This document shows positions 1 through 11,500 of a stretch of 64,000 nucleotides of DNA, one piece after another (position 1 is the stretch's first letter; every line of letters begins with the position of its first letter). Location of the stretch: the IMG/VR virus record IMGVR_UViG_3300031576_000009, positions 1-64,000 of that record; one strand, given 5' to 3'. The notes below the pieces were generated by a model, which saw nothing but the letters and a program-made list of their open reading frames with translations, made no database searches and was not told where the DNA came from. The position numbers and the translations under genes were made by a program. This DNA is from a virus.

Positions 1-104
1 GGATCGGACTGGACGCGGGCGAGCTCGGCGAAGTCCTCAGTGCGTTCTTCGGAACGACTGCGACCGATGAATGCTACTGCTACAAGTGCTAGCAGGTGCC
101 ACAT
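1..104 (-). CDS. hypothetical protein with hydrophobic N-terminus (runs off window end)
   Basis: GGAGG RBS, ATG at 104; MWHLLALVAVAFIGRSRSEERTEDFAELARVQSD... open to position 1. Confidence 0.5.
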   Translation of the reverse strand, partial: MWHLLALVAVAFIGRSRSEERTEDFAELARVQSD

Positions 105-119
105 CGTCGACCTCCAGAC

Positions 120-149
120 AAAAAAAAGAGGGCCGCTTTCGCGACCCTC
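120..149 (-). terminator. intrinsic terminator
   Basis: minus strand GAGGGTCGC-GAAA-GCGGCCCTC followed by T8, just downstream of ORF 163..402. Confidence 0.9.
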
Positions 150-162
150 CCTTTCCCGCGGT

Positions 163-402
163 CTAGAGCAGGTCCTTCGCGCGGGCGAACCGTATGCCGG
201 CGTATCCGACTCCGGCTGCGGCGACGAGGCCCAGGACCACCTTCTTGTGATCCCAGACGACCTGGGCGCCAGCCTTGACGACGCGGAGCGCCGCCCGTCC
301 CGTGCGCCTGAAGTACCCGATCTGGGATTCTCCGGGAGCCTGGGCACCGTTCTCGGTCTGATCCTTCTCGATCTCGACTTCGACTGTGCTGTGATTGTTC
401 AT
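163..402 (-). CDS. small membrane protein (79 aa)
   Basis: AAGGAG RBS; C-terminal hydrophobic segment VVLGLVAAAGVGYAGI; flanked by a promoter-like motif and a terminator. Confidence 0.75.
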   Translation of the reverse strand: MNNHSTVEVEIEKDQTENGAQAPGESQIGYFRRTGRAALRVVKAGAQVVWDHKKVVLGLVAAAGVGYAGIRFARAKDLL

Positions 403-445
403 TCGTTTGCCCTCCTTAGGCAGTTGGTTGGTTTCTTACGCCTAT

Positions 446-474
446 AGTATCCCACCAAAGACACCAAATAGACC
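446..474 (-). promoter_or_regulatory. putative promoter GGTCTA-N17-GATACT (TGG before the -10 hexamer)
   Basis: motif repeated at 615..643 with identical spacing; lies between a terminator and an RBS. Confidence 0.6.
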
Positions 475-483
475 CTTCTAGAC

Positions 484-514
484 AAAAAAAAGGAGAGGCC
501 TACGGGGCCTCTCC
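484..514 (-). terminator. intrinsic terminator ending the late operon and small cassette
   Basis: minus strand GGAGAGGCC-CCGTA-GGCCTCTCC followed by T8. Confidence 0.9.
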
Positions 515-571
515 CTCAACCCTTAACGGCGGTTGGTACCGTTTGAACGGAAGCCTTAGAAACTGGGTCAT
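500..571 (-). CDS. putative 23-aa peptide MTQFLRLPFKRYQPPLRVEGEAP (or a small RNA)
   Basis: GAGAGGTGG RBS upstream of the ATG; between promoter 615..643 and terminator 484..514. Confidence 0.4.
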   Translation of the reverse strand: MTQFLRLPFKRYQPPLRVEGEAP

Positions 572-614
572 TGGCCACCTCTCGTTTTGTAGGCGAGTCA
601 TTTCGCCTACTAGG

Positions 615-643
615 AGTATCCCACTAGAAAGGTGGTTTGGACC
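615..643 (-). promoter_or_regulatory. putative promoter GGTCCA-N17-GATACT (TGG before the -10 hexamer)
   Basis: second copy of the 446..474 motif, immediately after the tail-tip gene stop. Confidence 0.6.
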
Positions 644-3600
644 TACGTGAGAAGCGGGACGACGACGAATCCTGCCGAGGTGAGCGGAGAGACAAGCCCA
701 CTGCGATCCCGGATGGCAAGCCAGTAGAGGTACGAGCGCCCGGTCTGTGGGAACTCGGTGTCCTCGATGGTGAGTGTGTGGCTGATCTTGTATGGCGCAG
801 AGAGCTGGCTCGGCTTGTAGGTCGCTTCGAACGTGGGCGACATGACGAGATTCCCGTCCGCGTCGGTAATCAGGCTCACTGAGGTCAATGGTGGCGAGCG
901 GAAGAGCAACAGCGCATCGAAGTCGGCTGGCAGCCGATTGAGCGTCTGGTGGTATGCATAGGCACGGGTCTTGGCCAATTTCACGTTCGAGGCCGGCGAG
1001 ACAACACTCAGGCCGATCCGCAAGGTGTTGATCGTCACGAAGTCCCACGGAAGCCCATCCGGGTCCTCCGTGATCGTATGGTAGATTGCGACCGGGTGCG
1101 CGTTGATGTCGTTTCCGAGCGTTGACTGGAAGAGCCCGTACCGACCAAGTGCCCCAGCAACACCGAGCTGCGCCAGCACACGCATCGTTGCCGCACCCGT
1201 CACACCAATCTTGTTCGTGATGAAGACGGCCACGACTGGACCGATATCACCTGAGCCTTGACCCTGCGGCGTCACGCCGTAGAGCTCGCGCTGTTCGGTC
1301 GCGCCGGCCGCGGACAGCACGTAGGTCGTGTTGAGCTCGTCAGCGACCTTGGGGAAGTGCGTCGTCGGTGATGCCGGTACGATCGTCGCGAATTCGGCGA
1401 GCACGTCTGAGGTCGGCATGAGCAGGATGCGCTGCACCAGACGGATCGTCGCCTGGTACGACGTGTCCGAAATCTGCTCCCCGCGCACGTAGGGAAACCA
1501 CCCACTGATGACCGGCACACCAAGCACGTCGGTTGGGGTCGGACCAGGCAACGCAGGGTTCACGGGCGCATCGTAGACGGTAGGATTGTACTGGAAGAGA
1601 TCGACACGATGCGAATCGATCGCCCGCTCCATCCGCGCAACCTGGTAGTACTGATCCGTGATCCCGAAGCGTGTGGCGCTGATCTTGATTAGCTGGCCGG
1701 GGACGATGTATCGCCCCGCCCGCTCGTCCACGAGCGCTGCCGCACGGTTATCGGCCGCGATAAGCTTCCGCACGTAGTACTGCAGGAAGACCGCAGCTCC
1801 CAGGTGATCGTAGAGCTGCGGCATGTCCAGCACCTCTTCCTTCCCACGTGACAGCACCGGCAGCGTCTGATGGAACTGGTAGATCACGATCTCGCCGCTC
1901 TCGGGGTCGCGCACCGGGCGGTAGCGGACCTTAATCGACTTGACCATGTCGCCGAGGTTCGCACGCACGCGGGGACGCAGGTCCGAGAGCTTCTTGCGGC
2001 CGGAGCGAAGCGTATCCGTCTCATCGCGCACGAACTGGAAGTTGGTGGCAATCAACGTGTCACGTGGCGTATCGATCTCGACCGTCCAGCCCTTGGTGAT
2101 CCGTCCACCACGGATGCGTAGCACCGCATCGAACACGTCCTTCACCGACTGCGATTCCAGGAGGGAGATTTCGATGGGAAGCCCGATACCGTTGTTGATG
2201 TCGTCCCAGTCGTCCTCGGCGGTCCCGAGAGCGTAGTTCGTGATGTTGAGCCGCTCGAAGAACTGACGCAGGAACGTGATACCGTTTCGCTTGAGCATCC
2301 GGTACTCACGGATCGAGGCGTTCTCCACGGCCGTCTCGGTGACCGCGGTGATGTCCTTGAAGTACATGTAGTCGATCGCGCCAAGCACGTAGCCAGGCGT
2401 CCCGGTGAGCGGTGGGACCTGCATGTCCACGCCGGCACTGTAGTCGACGAAGCTCGTGCCCAGGTCCTGACGATCGATCACCTGTCCGTTCGCGACTAGC
2501 AGCGCGAAGTAGTGCCCATTCGTGTGCTGGTACATCACGAGCGAGAGATCGTTGAACTCGTCGTACGCAAGCTCGGTCGCTTGCAGCGTAAAGGTCCCAC
2601 TCGGCATCTTGATCTGCCACTGGAAGAGGCAGCTGCCGGCGGCGACGTGCTTCAAAATCCATCCGTTCGTGACGGCGTGCGTTCCAACGTTAAAGTTGGA
2701 GTCGGGACCGAGCACCAGGATGAACGGAATGCCGCGCATCACCGAGTTGATGCGCACCACGATACGAAACACGAACCGTGCGCTCTGGAAGAAGCCGGAG
2801 CTGAAGGGAATCGCGACCGACTGGCCGACCCGGCTGAAAAGCAGTGCCGACTTACCGATCCCGATCATCCCAGCCGTGAAGTCACCGTCCTGAATCCCGG
2901 TTCCAGTCAGTGGGCGATGCCCGTCGAGCGCCGACCCGGTGGGCGGCTTTCCGGTATCACGTAGGTTACCGTTGAACTTCCATTCGCCACGGATGATCGG
3001 GAAGCCGTTAGCGTAGTCCGTCGTCTGCTCGTGCTTCGGGTAAAACGCCTCGATGTCAGCTGTGATTGAGTACGGTCGGTTATCACCGTCGACCTGCTCC
3101 TCGAAGAAGCGAATGACGGTGTAGCCGGGGTAGATGATCGTCGAGACCACGTACTGCGACTGCGCTTCGAAGCCGCCCTCCAACGTTACGGGACCATCGA
3201 AGAGTGCGAGCGCTCTGCGGAACGCTGGGCTAGCTCCTGCGTTGATGGTCAGATCGAATGCTTTATCCGTGAGCCCGACGCCGGCTGACGGCGGCCCGTA
3301 CACAGCGATCACGTACAGGAACATGATCGCCATCGATGGAACCGCCGACGGCGTCATAGGCGGGAGCGACGCATCAGACCCGATTCCGGACGAAGCCACC
3401 GGCACCGTGGTATCCTGACTCGTGATCCCATCGTAGTCGTACGCAGCGACGCCGGTCGCGGAGGAGTCAGGACAAGTAACCGTGATGGTATCGCTAGGCG
3501 CGAGCCCGATCACGTTAAACGCGGCCCAGACGGCGAAGGAGTCACCGTTCGCAACAATCTCCTGGATCAGGACGTACGTGTTGCCCTTCGAATCCATCAC

Positions 3601-4716
3601 GCTCGTCGGCGTGAGCAAGGAGTCACGATGGACGCTCACGAAGATCGTGTGGCCGGCGGTGACGGCATTGATTGAGGAGAGAACGATCGACGACGCCACG
3701 ACGGCGGCGGTCTTGATCGTACGGATATACTGCGCACCACCCGTCTTGGTACGGAAGATTTGCGCGATCCCCCACCAGAGCGGTGTCGCTTGCCCCGCTT
3801 CGACGATCACTGTCGCTGCCGCATCAAACGGCAAGGGATTCCCCTGCCCACTAACGACCGCGGAGACCGCACGTGGCGATCGCAGGTTCCCGCCCGCGTA
3901 GACGGACTGCACGCCGACGTTGCCGCGCGCCACGAGATAGTCAAAGACCGCCGGCGTGTCGGTCGGGTCGGTCAGCTTCGTCGAAGGAATGGTCTCACGG
4001 TAGATGCCGACGTACCGGCACGGCACGCGTTCGTGATAGCCGTAGTACTCAGGAATTGATGCACCGATCTCATCAGGCCAGGCGCTGGGGAACTCTTCGA
4101 GCGTGACGAACGTATCGGGAATCTGCTTCTGGAGCACATCGAGCTGGATGCTCGCGACCTCGATCAGGATATTTTCGGCTGGGTCAGTGAAGACGATCTC
4201 TCCATCGATCTCGATCACGTAGGTCCCGTTCGTCACGTCGTAGCGCACGATGCGGATCGTCGACCCACGGTAGTCTGCGGTCACCCACCCACTGAGCACT
4301 CCATCGGTGTTGTCGAGCTCGACCTGCCCGACCTCCGCGAGCACGATCCCGAAGAGCACATCGCTCCAGGTGAGCGTGACGCTCGGGCTGGTGAGCACGC
4401 GCTTGAGGTACTGTCCCTTGAGCCACGAGTAGTTCGGATCGTTGACTTCGGGGATCACGACCACCGAGCCGCCCGTACACCAACGCTCTGCCCCGTTCGG
4501 GCCGTTCACGTAGACGAGGATGCGAATCTCCTCACCCGTCACGATGAGAGGAACGAGCGCGGCCCCGTCGTCGACCCGAATCCGATCGATTGCGCGGACC
4601 ACCAGGCCGGTCTTCGCGAGGAGCCCGAAGAAGCTGTCGACAATGGTCAGCTCTTCGACCACGTTGATCCGCAACGCGGCGGACCCTTCGTCGAAGAGCA
4701 GTAGGATCGGAGGCAC
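643..4716 (-). CDS. tail tip / baseplate hub-host specificity protein (1357 aa) with inserted beta-sandwich/LamG-like domains
   Basis: second gene after tape measure; GAGGAGG RBS + GTG; hub-like C-terminal part (PGQLIKI...YYQVARME); LamG-like segment (EWKFNGNLRD...GAIDYM). Confidence 0.75.
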   Translation of the reverse strand: MPPILLLFDEGSAALRINVVEELTIVDSFFGLLAKTGLVVRAIDRIRVDDGAALVPLIVTGEEIRILVYVNGPNGAERWCTGGSVVVIPEVNDPNYSWLKGQYLKRVLTSPSVTLTWSDVLFGIVLAEVGQVELDNTDGVLSGWVTADYRGSTIRIVRYDVTNGTYVIEIDGEIVFTDPAENILIEVASIQLDVLQKQIPDTFVTLEEFPSAWPDEIGASIPEYYGYHERVPCRYVGIYRETIPSTKLTDPTDTPAVFDYLVARGNVGVQSVYAGGNLRSPRAVSAVVSGQGNPLPFDAAATVIVEAGQATPLWWGIAQIFRTKTGGAQYIRTIKTAAVVASSIVLSSINAVTAGHTIFVSVHRDSLLTPTSVMDSKGNTYVLIQEIVANGDSFAVWAAFNVIGLAPSDTITVTCPDSSATGVAAYDYDGITSQDTTVPVASSGIGSDASLPPMTPSAVPSMAIMFLYVIAVYGPPSAGVGLTDKAFDLTINAGASPAFRRALALFDGPVTLEGGFEAQSQYVVSTIIYPGYTVIRFFEEQVDGDNRPYSITADIEAFYPKHEQTTDYANGFPIIRGEWKFNGNLRDTGKPPTGSALDGHRPLTGTGIQDGDFTAGMIGIGKSALLFSRVGQSVAIPFSSGFFQSARFVFRIVVRINSVMRGIPFILVLGPDSNFNVGTHAVTNGWILKHVAAGSCLFQWQIKMPSGTFTLQATELAYDEFNDLSLVMYQHTNGHYFALLVANGQVIDRQDLGTSFVDYSAGVDMQVPPLTGTPGYVLGAIDYMYFKDITAVTETAVENASIREYRMLKRNGITFLRQFFERLNITNYALGTAEDDWDDINNGIGLPIEISLLESQSVKDVFDAVLRIRGGRITKGWTVEIDTPRDTLIATNFQFVRDETDTLRSGRKKLSDLRPRVRANLGDMVKSIKVRYRPVRDPESGEIVIYQFHQTLPVLSRGKEEVLDMPQLYDHLGAAVFLQYYVRKLIAADNRAAALVDERAGRYIVPGQLIKISATRFGITDQYYQVARMERAIDSHRVDLFQYNPTVYDAPVNPALPGPTPTDVLGVPVISGWFPYVRGEQISDTSYQATIRLVQRILLMPTSDVLAEFATIVPASPTTHFPKVADELNTTYVLSAAGATEQRELYGVTPQGQGSGDIGPVVAVFITNKIGVTGAATMRVLAQLGVAGALGRYGLFQSTLGNDINAHPVAIYHTITEDPDGLPWDFVTINTLRIGLSVVSPASNVKLAKTRAYAYHQTLNRLPADFDALLLFRSPPLTSVSLITDADGNLVMSPTFEATYKPSQLSAPYKISHTLTIEDTEFPQTGRSYLYWLAIRDRSGLVSPLTSAGFVVVPLLT

Positions 4717-5532
4717 TCAGGCCTCCTCTAGGACCATTCCCGTCTCGTACACCTGCCCGTCGATCGTGAAGGTGAACTCACCGACGCGGGTCACGAGCTC
4801 GACACGTGATGTATCGGTCGTCCGTACCGGGTTCGTGGGCGTGCGCAGGTTCTCGATGAAGAGGAACTTCTGATTCTCGTCGAGCTGCACGACTTGCCCC
4901 ATCCCCTCTTCGTCATCGATCGGCTGCGCCTGTCCTCCCCAGAGCACACGTATCCGGCGGCGACCGAGATTCACGATCCCGCGACCACCAGTATCGTACT
5001 CGAAGGCCTTATTCGGACGAAAGGGCGTGCGCACGAGCGGCAGTGTGTGTCCACCCGATGGGCTGATGACGGTTGAGAGCTTCGCGAGGATCAGCTCCTT
5101 GATCCCGTAGTAGGTAGCACCGCTGTCCGTGGCGCCCGTCACCTTCAGCTGCATGTAACGATGTACCCACGGCGAGAGCACCCACCAGCCCTTCCGAATC
5201 CCGATCGCCGTGTCCTTCTGGCACTCCAGTGTCGCGATGAGCGAGTAGCCCGATCCCTGCGTGTTCGAGCCGTAGATTTCGAAGTCCTTGAAGTTGGTGC
5301 CGTACAGATACAGGATCACATCTTCTGCGGTCGCGAGATCGAGGTAGAGCGGATCAGCACTGCCGCCCGTCGCCGTGGTGCGGAACTCGGTGTCCTGGTC
5401 CAGGTCCTGCACGTTGGTCTTCGGGTAGTCAGCGTTCGCCGCGAGTCCCTGCGCAACGATCGTGTAGGTCTTGAACGGCGGGATCGCGAACCGAACCTGG
5501 TAGGTTTGGTCGACTGGTTCAATGAAGCCCAT
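4717..5532 (-). CDS. distal tail (Dit)-like protein
   Basis: immediately downstream of tape measure, 271 aa, beta-rich; assignment by synteny. Confidence 0.6.
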   Translation of the reverse strand: MGFIEPVDQTYQVRFAIPPFKTYTIVAQGLAANADYPKTNVQDLDQDTEFRTTATGGSADPLYLDLATAEDVILYLYGTNFKDFEIYGSNTQGSGYSLIATLECQKDTAIGIRKGWWVLSPWVHRYMQLKVTGATDSGATYYGIKELILAKLSTVISPSGGHTLPLVRTPFRPNKAFEYDTGGRGIVNLGRRRIRVLWGGQAQPIDDEEGMGQVVQLDENQKFLFIENLRTPTNPVRTTDTSRVELVTRVGEFTFTIDGQVYETGMVLEEA

Positions 5533-8500
5533 CAGCGATTCACCACCCGTGCCCGACGGAACGACTCACGATGCTCCCCAAGCTGGAAGGAGCGCTTCAG
5601 GCGAGCCATGGTCAGATCGACGATCTCCGCGGCCTTGATGTCGCTCTTCGTCGTGACGTTCACCTCGATGTGCGGGTTGAAGGTGTTCGTCTCGCTGTTC
5701 GAGATCGCCTGTCCACCACGACCGACGCCCAGCGACGCGAGCGCCTTCTGGATTGTTGGTGCGAAGAGGTTGACCGTCCGGGGATCGTCGAGCGGTGCGA
5801 TGAGCTCCTTGCCACGCTCGGCCACGAGTGCCCGGAGCGGCGCAAGGGCGAGACCACCCGATGCAAGGGCGATCGGCGTTCCACCGAGCTTCTTCAGCAT
5901 CTGGTTCAGAATCTCGTTGGTTTTGTCCATCAGGAGCTTCTGCGCGTAGCCCGGCTCCGTCAGGAAACGGTTCAGGTCGCTGCCTGGCCCCAACAGGCTG
6001 ACGAGATCGCTCTGCAGCCCGTTGATGCGGTTCGTGTATGCCTGGTTGACAGCCAGGAGGAGGGGACCAAGTGTCCGCGCCTCTTCGAGCTGAATCGCCT
6101 CGATCTTCTTCCTCGTGTCATCGTCGATGATGCGTAGCTGATCGAGGAGCAGGTTACGATTCGTATCGAGGGTTTCGAGCCGCTTAAGGATCGCCTCGTC
6201 CTGCGCCGCCGCACCCTTGGTCGCCTTCTCGATCTCCTTGAGCCCGGCGACCACTTCCTTGAAGATCGGATCGCCGCGCTCGGTCCGGGCCCGGTCGAGA
6301 TCGGCGAAGAGCTTGTTCTCGATGTCCTGTCGCGCGCCCACGGTGATGCCAGGGAGCGACCGCAGCCGCTCGATCGCCGAGATGGTATCGCGGAACTTCT
6401 CGGCGAACTGCGGTCCCTGCCCCGCCGAGAGGAGCTGGTTGTACAGATCGGCGAGCTTCTGCCCCGACTCGGCCTTGTCGTTTCCGGTGAGGCTACGGAA
6501 ACGACCACGCTCCCGTGCGATCTCTTCGCGGATCGAGGCAACCCGCTGCGGTCCAGTGAGCTGGCTCAGACGCAGATCACGGAGGTTCGCTTCGACCGTC
6601 TTGTGGAGCTGCGCGAGCGCGGCCAGCTCGTTGTGCTGCCGCTGGAGAAGCGTGTTCTCCTTGTCGATCGCATCGAGGCGGTCCTGAATCGGCTTCTTCT
6701 GAATCTCGGCCGCGTGCTGTACCTCCTGAATGAGCGCCGAGTAGAACTGCTGTATCACACCGATCTGGTTCTTCAGCGCGTCGAGGCGATCCGCCGGGTT
6801 CTGTGCGAGCGCGACGGCCTGCTGAGACGCGTCGAGGAGCGGCTGGAAAATCTTCTCGATTGCGACCGGCGTGTTGCTCAAGTTGCCGATCAGGATCGAG
6901 AGATCGAGATTCGTCTGGAACTGCTCGTGCTGGAGATCGATGATCTGCTGCCGCAGCTGGAGCACGTTGTCGGCCCACTGCTTCGTCGCATCCGTCACCT
7001 TCTGGATGATCTCGGGGATGCGCTGCATCGCCTCCTTGAACTTCTTCCCATGGAGCTTCGGCAGCTTGTCGAGCTCTAGGGTGAGCGCAGCGAGTCCGCC
7101 CTTCTGCTCCCGCTGCGACTGCTCGATCGCGAAGACCAACTCGCGGCCCTCGAACTTCTTCTTCATCGCGTCGAAGAGGTTCAGGAACGACGCCTCAGCT
7201 TCGATTGCGATGGTGGCGACTCCCCGTTCCCGGCGACGGCGGCGTCCATGGAACTGACCGGTCCGATCGGCGATCTCGATCAGCCGTTCGTTGTCGATGT
7301 CGGGCAGCCCCTTCAACAGGAGGTCGACCTTGAGCTTCAGCGCGAACTGGAACCGGTCGACAGCATGCTTCACGCCCGACGCCATCACGTCGATGGCCAG
7401 CTGGATGACATCGACGAACTCGCCGAACTTCTTGTTGAACCGCCGCGTGAGGCCGAGGAACGGATCACCGATCTTGTTATCGAGCCGCTTGGTCAGTTCG
7501 AGGTTACCGGCCTGTACCTGCTCCAGGATGTCACCGCGCAACGCACGCTGGAACGGACGAATCTGAACGCCGCCTTGTGGGGTGGCGAACTGCTTCGCGA
7601 GCGCCGCGAGATCGATGCCGGGCAGGAACTTCTGGTACGCACGGGCGACCAGGTCGACCTGCTTGGCGGTCCGCTCGGCGTGCTTCTGGCCGTCCTGGAA
7701 GAGGCCGTTGACCGCACGCATTGCGGGGATCAGTGCGCTGGTCACGCCACGCACGATCTTGAAGAGCTCCTTCTGAACCTCCTCGATCGTCTTCTTCCCG
7801 CTCGCCAGGCTGTTCGCCAGGATCAAGAAGAAGCGACGGAGCCGATCCTCGTTCTCGGTCCCAGCACCGATGAGCCCCGAGACGAGCTGCGCGGTCAGGA
7901 ACGTATCGCCACGCAATGCCCCACCCTGGCGGAACGCCTGCAGGCTGTCTCGACGAGCGGTCCCGACGACGCCCTGCCCCAGGTACTTCGTCAGCTGCCG
8001 ATTGATCGTGACCTTCGGGCCGACGTACCGCTGCACCGTCTCGCCGAATATCTTGTCGAAGATCGTCTCGATGTTTGGGAGCTGCGGACTGATCGGCAGG
8101 CCACCACCAGTCGAGCCGGCGAGCTCACCGATGAGCGCCCCGATCGGGTTGAGCACCGTGAAGAGTATCCCGTACCACGACGTGGTGAGCTTCTCGCGCA
8201 CCTTCTTCTTCAGGTCCTCCTGCTTGAGCCCGGTCTTCAACGTCTCGGCGACGGCCTTGTTCGTCGCACCTGAGACAGCAGCGTTGACGGCGGTCGACAC
8301 CGCGGCACCAACAGCGGCACCAACGATCGCACCGATGAGCGCACCAGCGACAGTACCGATACCGGGTAGCGCCACGGTACCGAACGTCGCTCCGACCGCC
8401 ACACCAGCCGCAGCTCCTGCGCCGATTCCTCCCGCGAGCCCGACGGATGCAAGTGCAGTGTTCCGCCCCGCTGCCGGGTCGCCACGGAACAGTTGGTTCT

Positions 8501-11500
8501 GCGCCTTGTTCTGTCTGGCAATCCCGCGCGCTCCCTCTGCGATACCGTAAGCGGCGCCGGCCACCGCAAGAATAGCGCTGATCGTCGGCAGGATGTTCCC
8601 GAGTTGGCCTAGCAGGCTAGTCGGCTGATTGGCCAACAGACCAGCGGCTGCTTCGCCCGTCTGCGCGGTCGTTGCTGCAAAGGTCGCACTCGGGCCGGCG
8701 ATCTCGACGATCTGACCGCTCGCGGTGATCAGGTGGTTGCCGATAATGATTGCCGAGCCTGCCTGGGCCGATCCCAGGAAGTTCCGCCCGAGGTTGGCGG
8801 CGCTGACGACCCCCTGCGTCCCCGAGAAGGCTCGGTCGAGCGGGCTGCCCTTCGTCAGGCCCGCAAAGCCCCCCACCGCCCCCACGATGTTTCCCAGGAA
8901 ACGGACGGCCTTGACAACCCCTCCCACGATGCTGCTCAGACCGCCCAGGAGCCCGTTTGGGCCACTCAGGAAGCCAGATAGGGCCTGGACCCCCGGGATG
9001 CGCCCCAGAAGCCCTGTGGAGCTTCCCAGGTTAAAACCAAGGCCCAGCCCAGAGGCGACCAGGGAGCCGGTTCCGGTCCCTACAGTCTGCGCTGCCGCGG
9101 TGCCCCCACCGCCGATCCCGAGGAGCCCACCGACGAAGCCCAGGATGCCACCCCCGGTAGTCCCCCCACCGCCGATCCCGAGGACCTTCCCGATGACCCC
9201 CAGCACGCCGCTGATGATGCTGAGGAGCGAGTTGAAGGTGTTCTTGCCGATGTCGAGGATGAAGCCGAAGAAGTCGAACCATCCACCACGCGTGTCGTTC
9301 GCCGCCTGCAACGCCTTCTCGGCACCTGACGCGGCGGCAGCGGGCAGCTCTTGGTTGAATGCTTGCTTGCCGGAATCCCCGATGAGGCCGAACGCCTGCC
9401 CGAACATCTTCACGAGCCCGCCGGCATCCTCGAACAGGTTCTTCGAGACGATATCCTCGAAGCCGAGCTTGTTCGCGAAGGTGACCTTGAACGCGTTCTT
9501 CCAGGTGTCGACGAACGCATCGCCGAGCTTGTCGAAGTTGTCGGTGAAGTTCTTCGGGTCGAACAGGGTCTCTGCCCCGAACTCGGCGAACGCGTTTTCG
9601 AGGTCGCGGCCGATCTCCGCCTGTTCGAGGCCGATCTCTCGGACGAGCTCCAGCTCCTTCTCCAGCGCTGGGATGCGTGCCCTGGCTGCATCGAGATGCT
9701 TGGTCTCCAGCTGAAGCTGGAACTCTAGCTCGTCGGTCCCGTGACCCTTCGCCTTGGCGATCGCGACCTCGGCATTCAGGCGATCGATCGTGTTCTGAAT
9801 GCCCTGAAGATCGAGCTCGATGTCCCGTCGCTTGAGCGCGATGATCTGCCGCTGGATGTCCTGGCGCCGAGTGATCGAGTGCTCCTCTTCGAGCGACAGC
9901 TGCAGCGTCTCGATCTGCGAGTTGTTGATCGCCCGCTGCGTGTCGAGATCGGCATCCTTCAGCTGCTGCGCACGGTCGAGGGCACGAGTCTGGGCATCGA
10001 TCGAATCGGCTTGTGCCTTGTTGAGCGCCCGTTGACCGCTGATCTGTTGCCCGATGATGGCCGACTCGTTCTGTCGCGCCTGGATCACACGGTCGAGCTC
10101 TTCGACCCGACCCTGATCGCTTGCCGCTGCCGCCTCACGCTTCTGTACCGCCAGGTAGCGCAGCTCATTCTGGATATCCTGCTGGTCGAGCCCGAGCTTT
10201 TGGACACGCAGGGCGTTGATCTTCACGTCGATGTCGTGGATCGCCTGCTCGTTGTCGAGCCGGGACTTCTGCGCTTCGAGGTCCTGTTCCTGTCGATCGA
10301 GGCCCGCACGGGCGAGATCAGTCCGCTGCTTCAGCGTGGTGAGCGCCTCGCTGTCGTAATCGGAAAGTGTTTTTGCTTGAGCAGCTGATAGCTTGCGGTT
10401 CTCGACCTGCTCGCGCAGGGCATCGTTCTGGTCATGAATGCTCTTCGCGGCACGAATCTGCTCCACTACAGCCGCACGCTCAACGGCAAGACTGTCACGT
10501 TGTGACTGTACCCGGTTTACGAGCTCTCTCCGCGTGATGGGCAATGACTGTTGCAGAGATTCCACATACTGCTGCTGAAGGTACGCACGCGCGACGTCGA
10601 TCTCCTTGAGCCGTGTATTCAGCTCGACCAACTTCCTCGCGGTATCTGTCCCTTCCTGCTGCCGTGCTTTGTTGCTCTCCTGACGAATACGGATTTGCTG
10701 CGCTCGCAATGCGTTCTCGGCGCCGCCCACTGCCTCCAATACCTCCGCGGTCAGCTCCGCGTTGGTGTCCTTCATATCACTGACGAACGTCTTCGTGTCC
10801 TCGACGGTCCGACGAATCTCATCACGGAACCCACGGAAGATTCCCGCAAGACCGATCGTCTTCAGCGCATGCAGCTGATTCCTCATAGCCTCAACAGCCC
10901 GGGTCAGGCGCGCAGACTCAGCGGCAACCAACGCCTGGCTGGTTTTCATGATCGCCAAGTCGAGGTTGAAGAGCTTCGCGCCGACTGAGGTCTTCTGAAG
11001 TACGAGCCGTTGATCTTCGAACTTCTTCCGGGTCTCGTCGAGGCTAGTGACAACCTTGTCCTTCAGCGAGAGCGAGACCAGATCGAGCGCTCGCTGGAGC
11101 TGTTCTATCTCCTTCCGCTGATCGTCCGTACCGGCATTCTTAAAGAGCTCGTCGAGCTTGTACGCTGACGCGAATCTGGTCGCGGCCTCCTCACCCTCGG
11201 TGAGGGCGATCGAGGTCTTTGCGAGGTCCACAACCTGATCACGGATGTGATCGGTCGCCTTTTGAAACTCGTCGCCGAGCGTCTCCTGCCTGTGCCCTAA
11301 GTTCTCTGCCGCCTGTGCGCTATCGTCCGCGGCGGAGCCCCAGCCGAGCATGTGGGCGACACCACGCGCGAGTGCTGGTAACGAGAGCCCAATCGCCGCC
11401 ACCAGGCCGATCATCCCGAACCGGGCAAGGGTCAGGCGTGACGTGATGAACGTGAGCGGCGTCAGCAGGAAGGCGAACTGTGCACCGAGCTTCGTCACGA

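Noticed and set aside
9100-9190. Direct repeat of about 22 nt (CCCCCACCGCCGATCCCGAGGA)
   Set aside because: It encodes a repeated LGIGGG in the tape measure; two copies only, not CRISPR or an att site.
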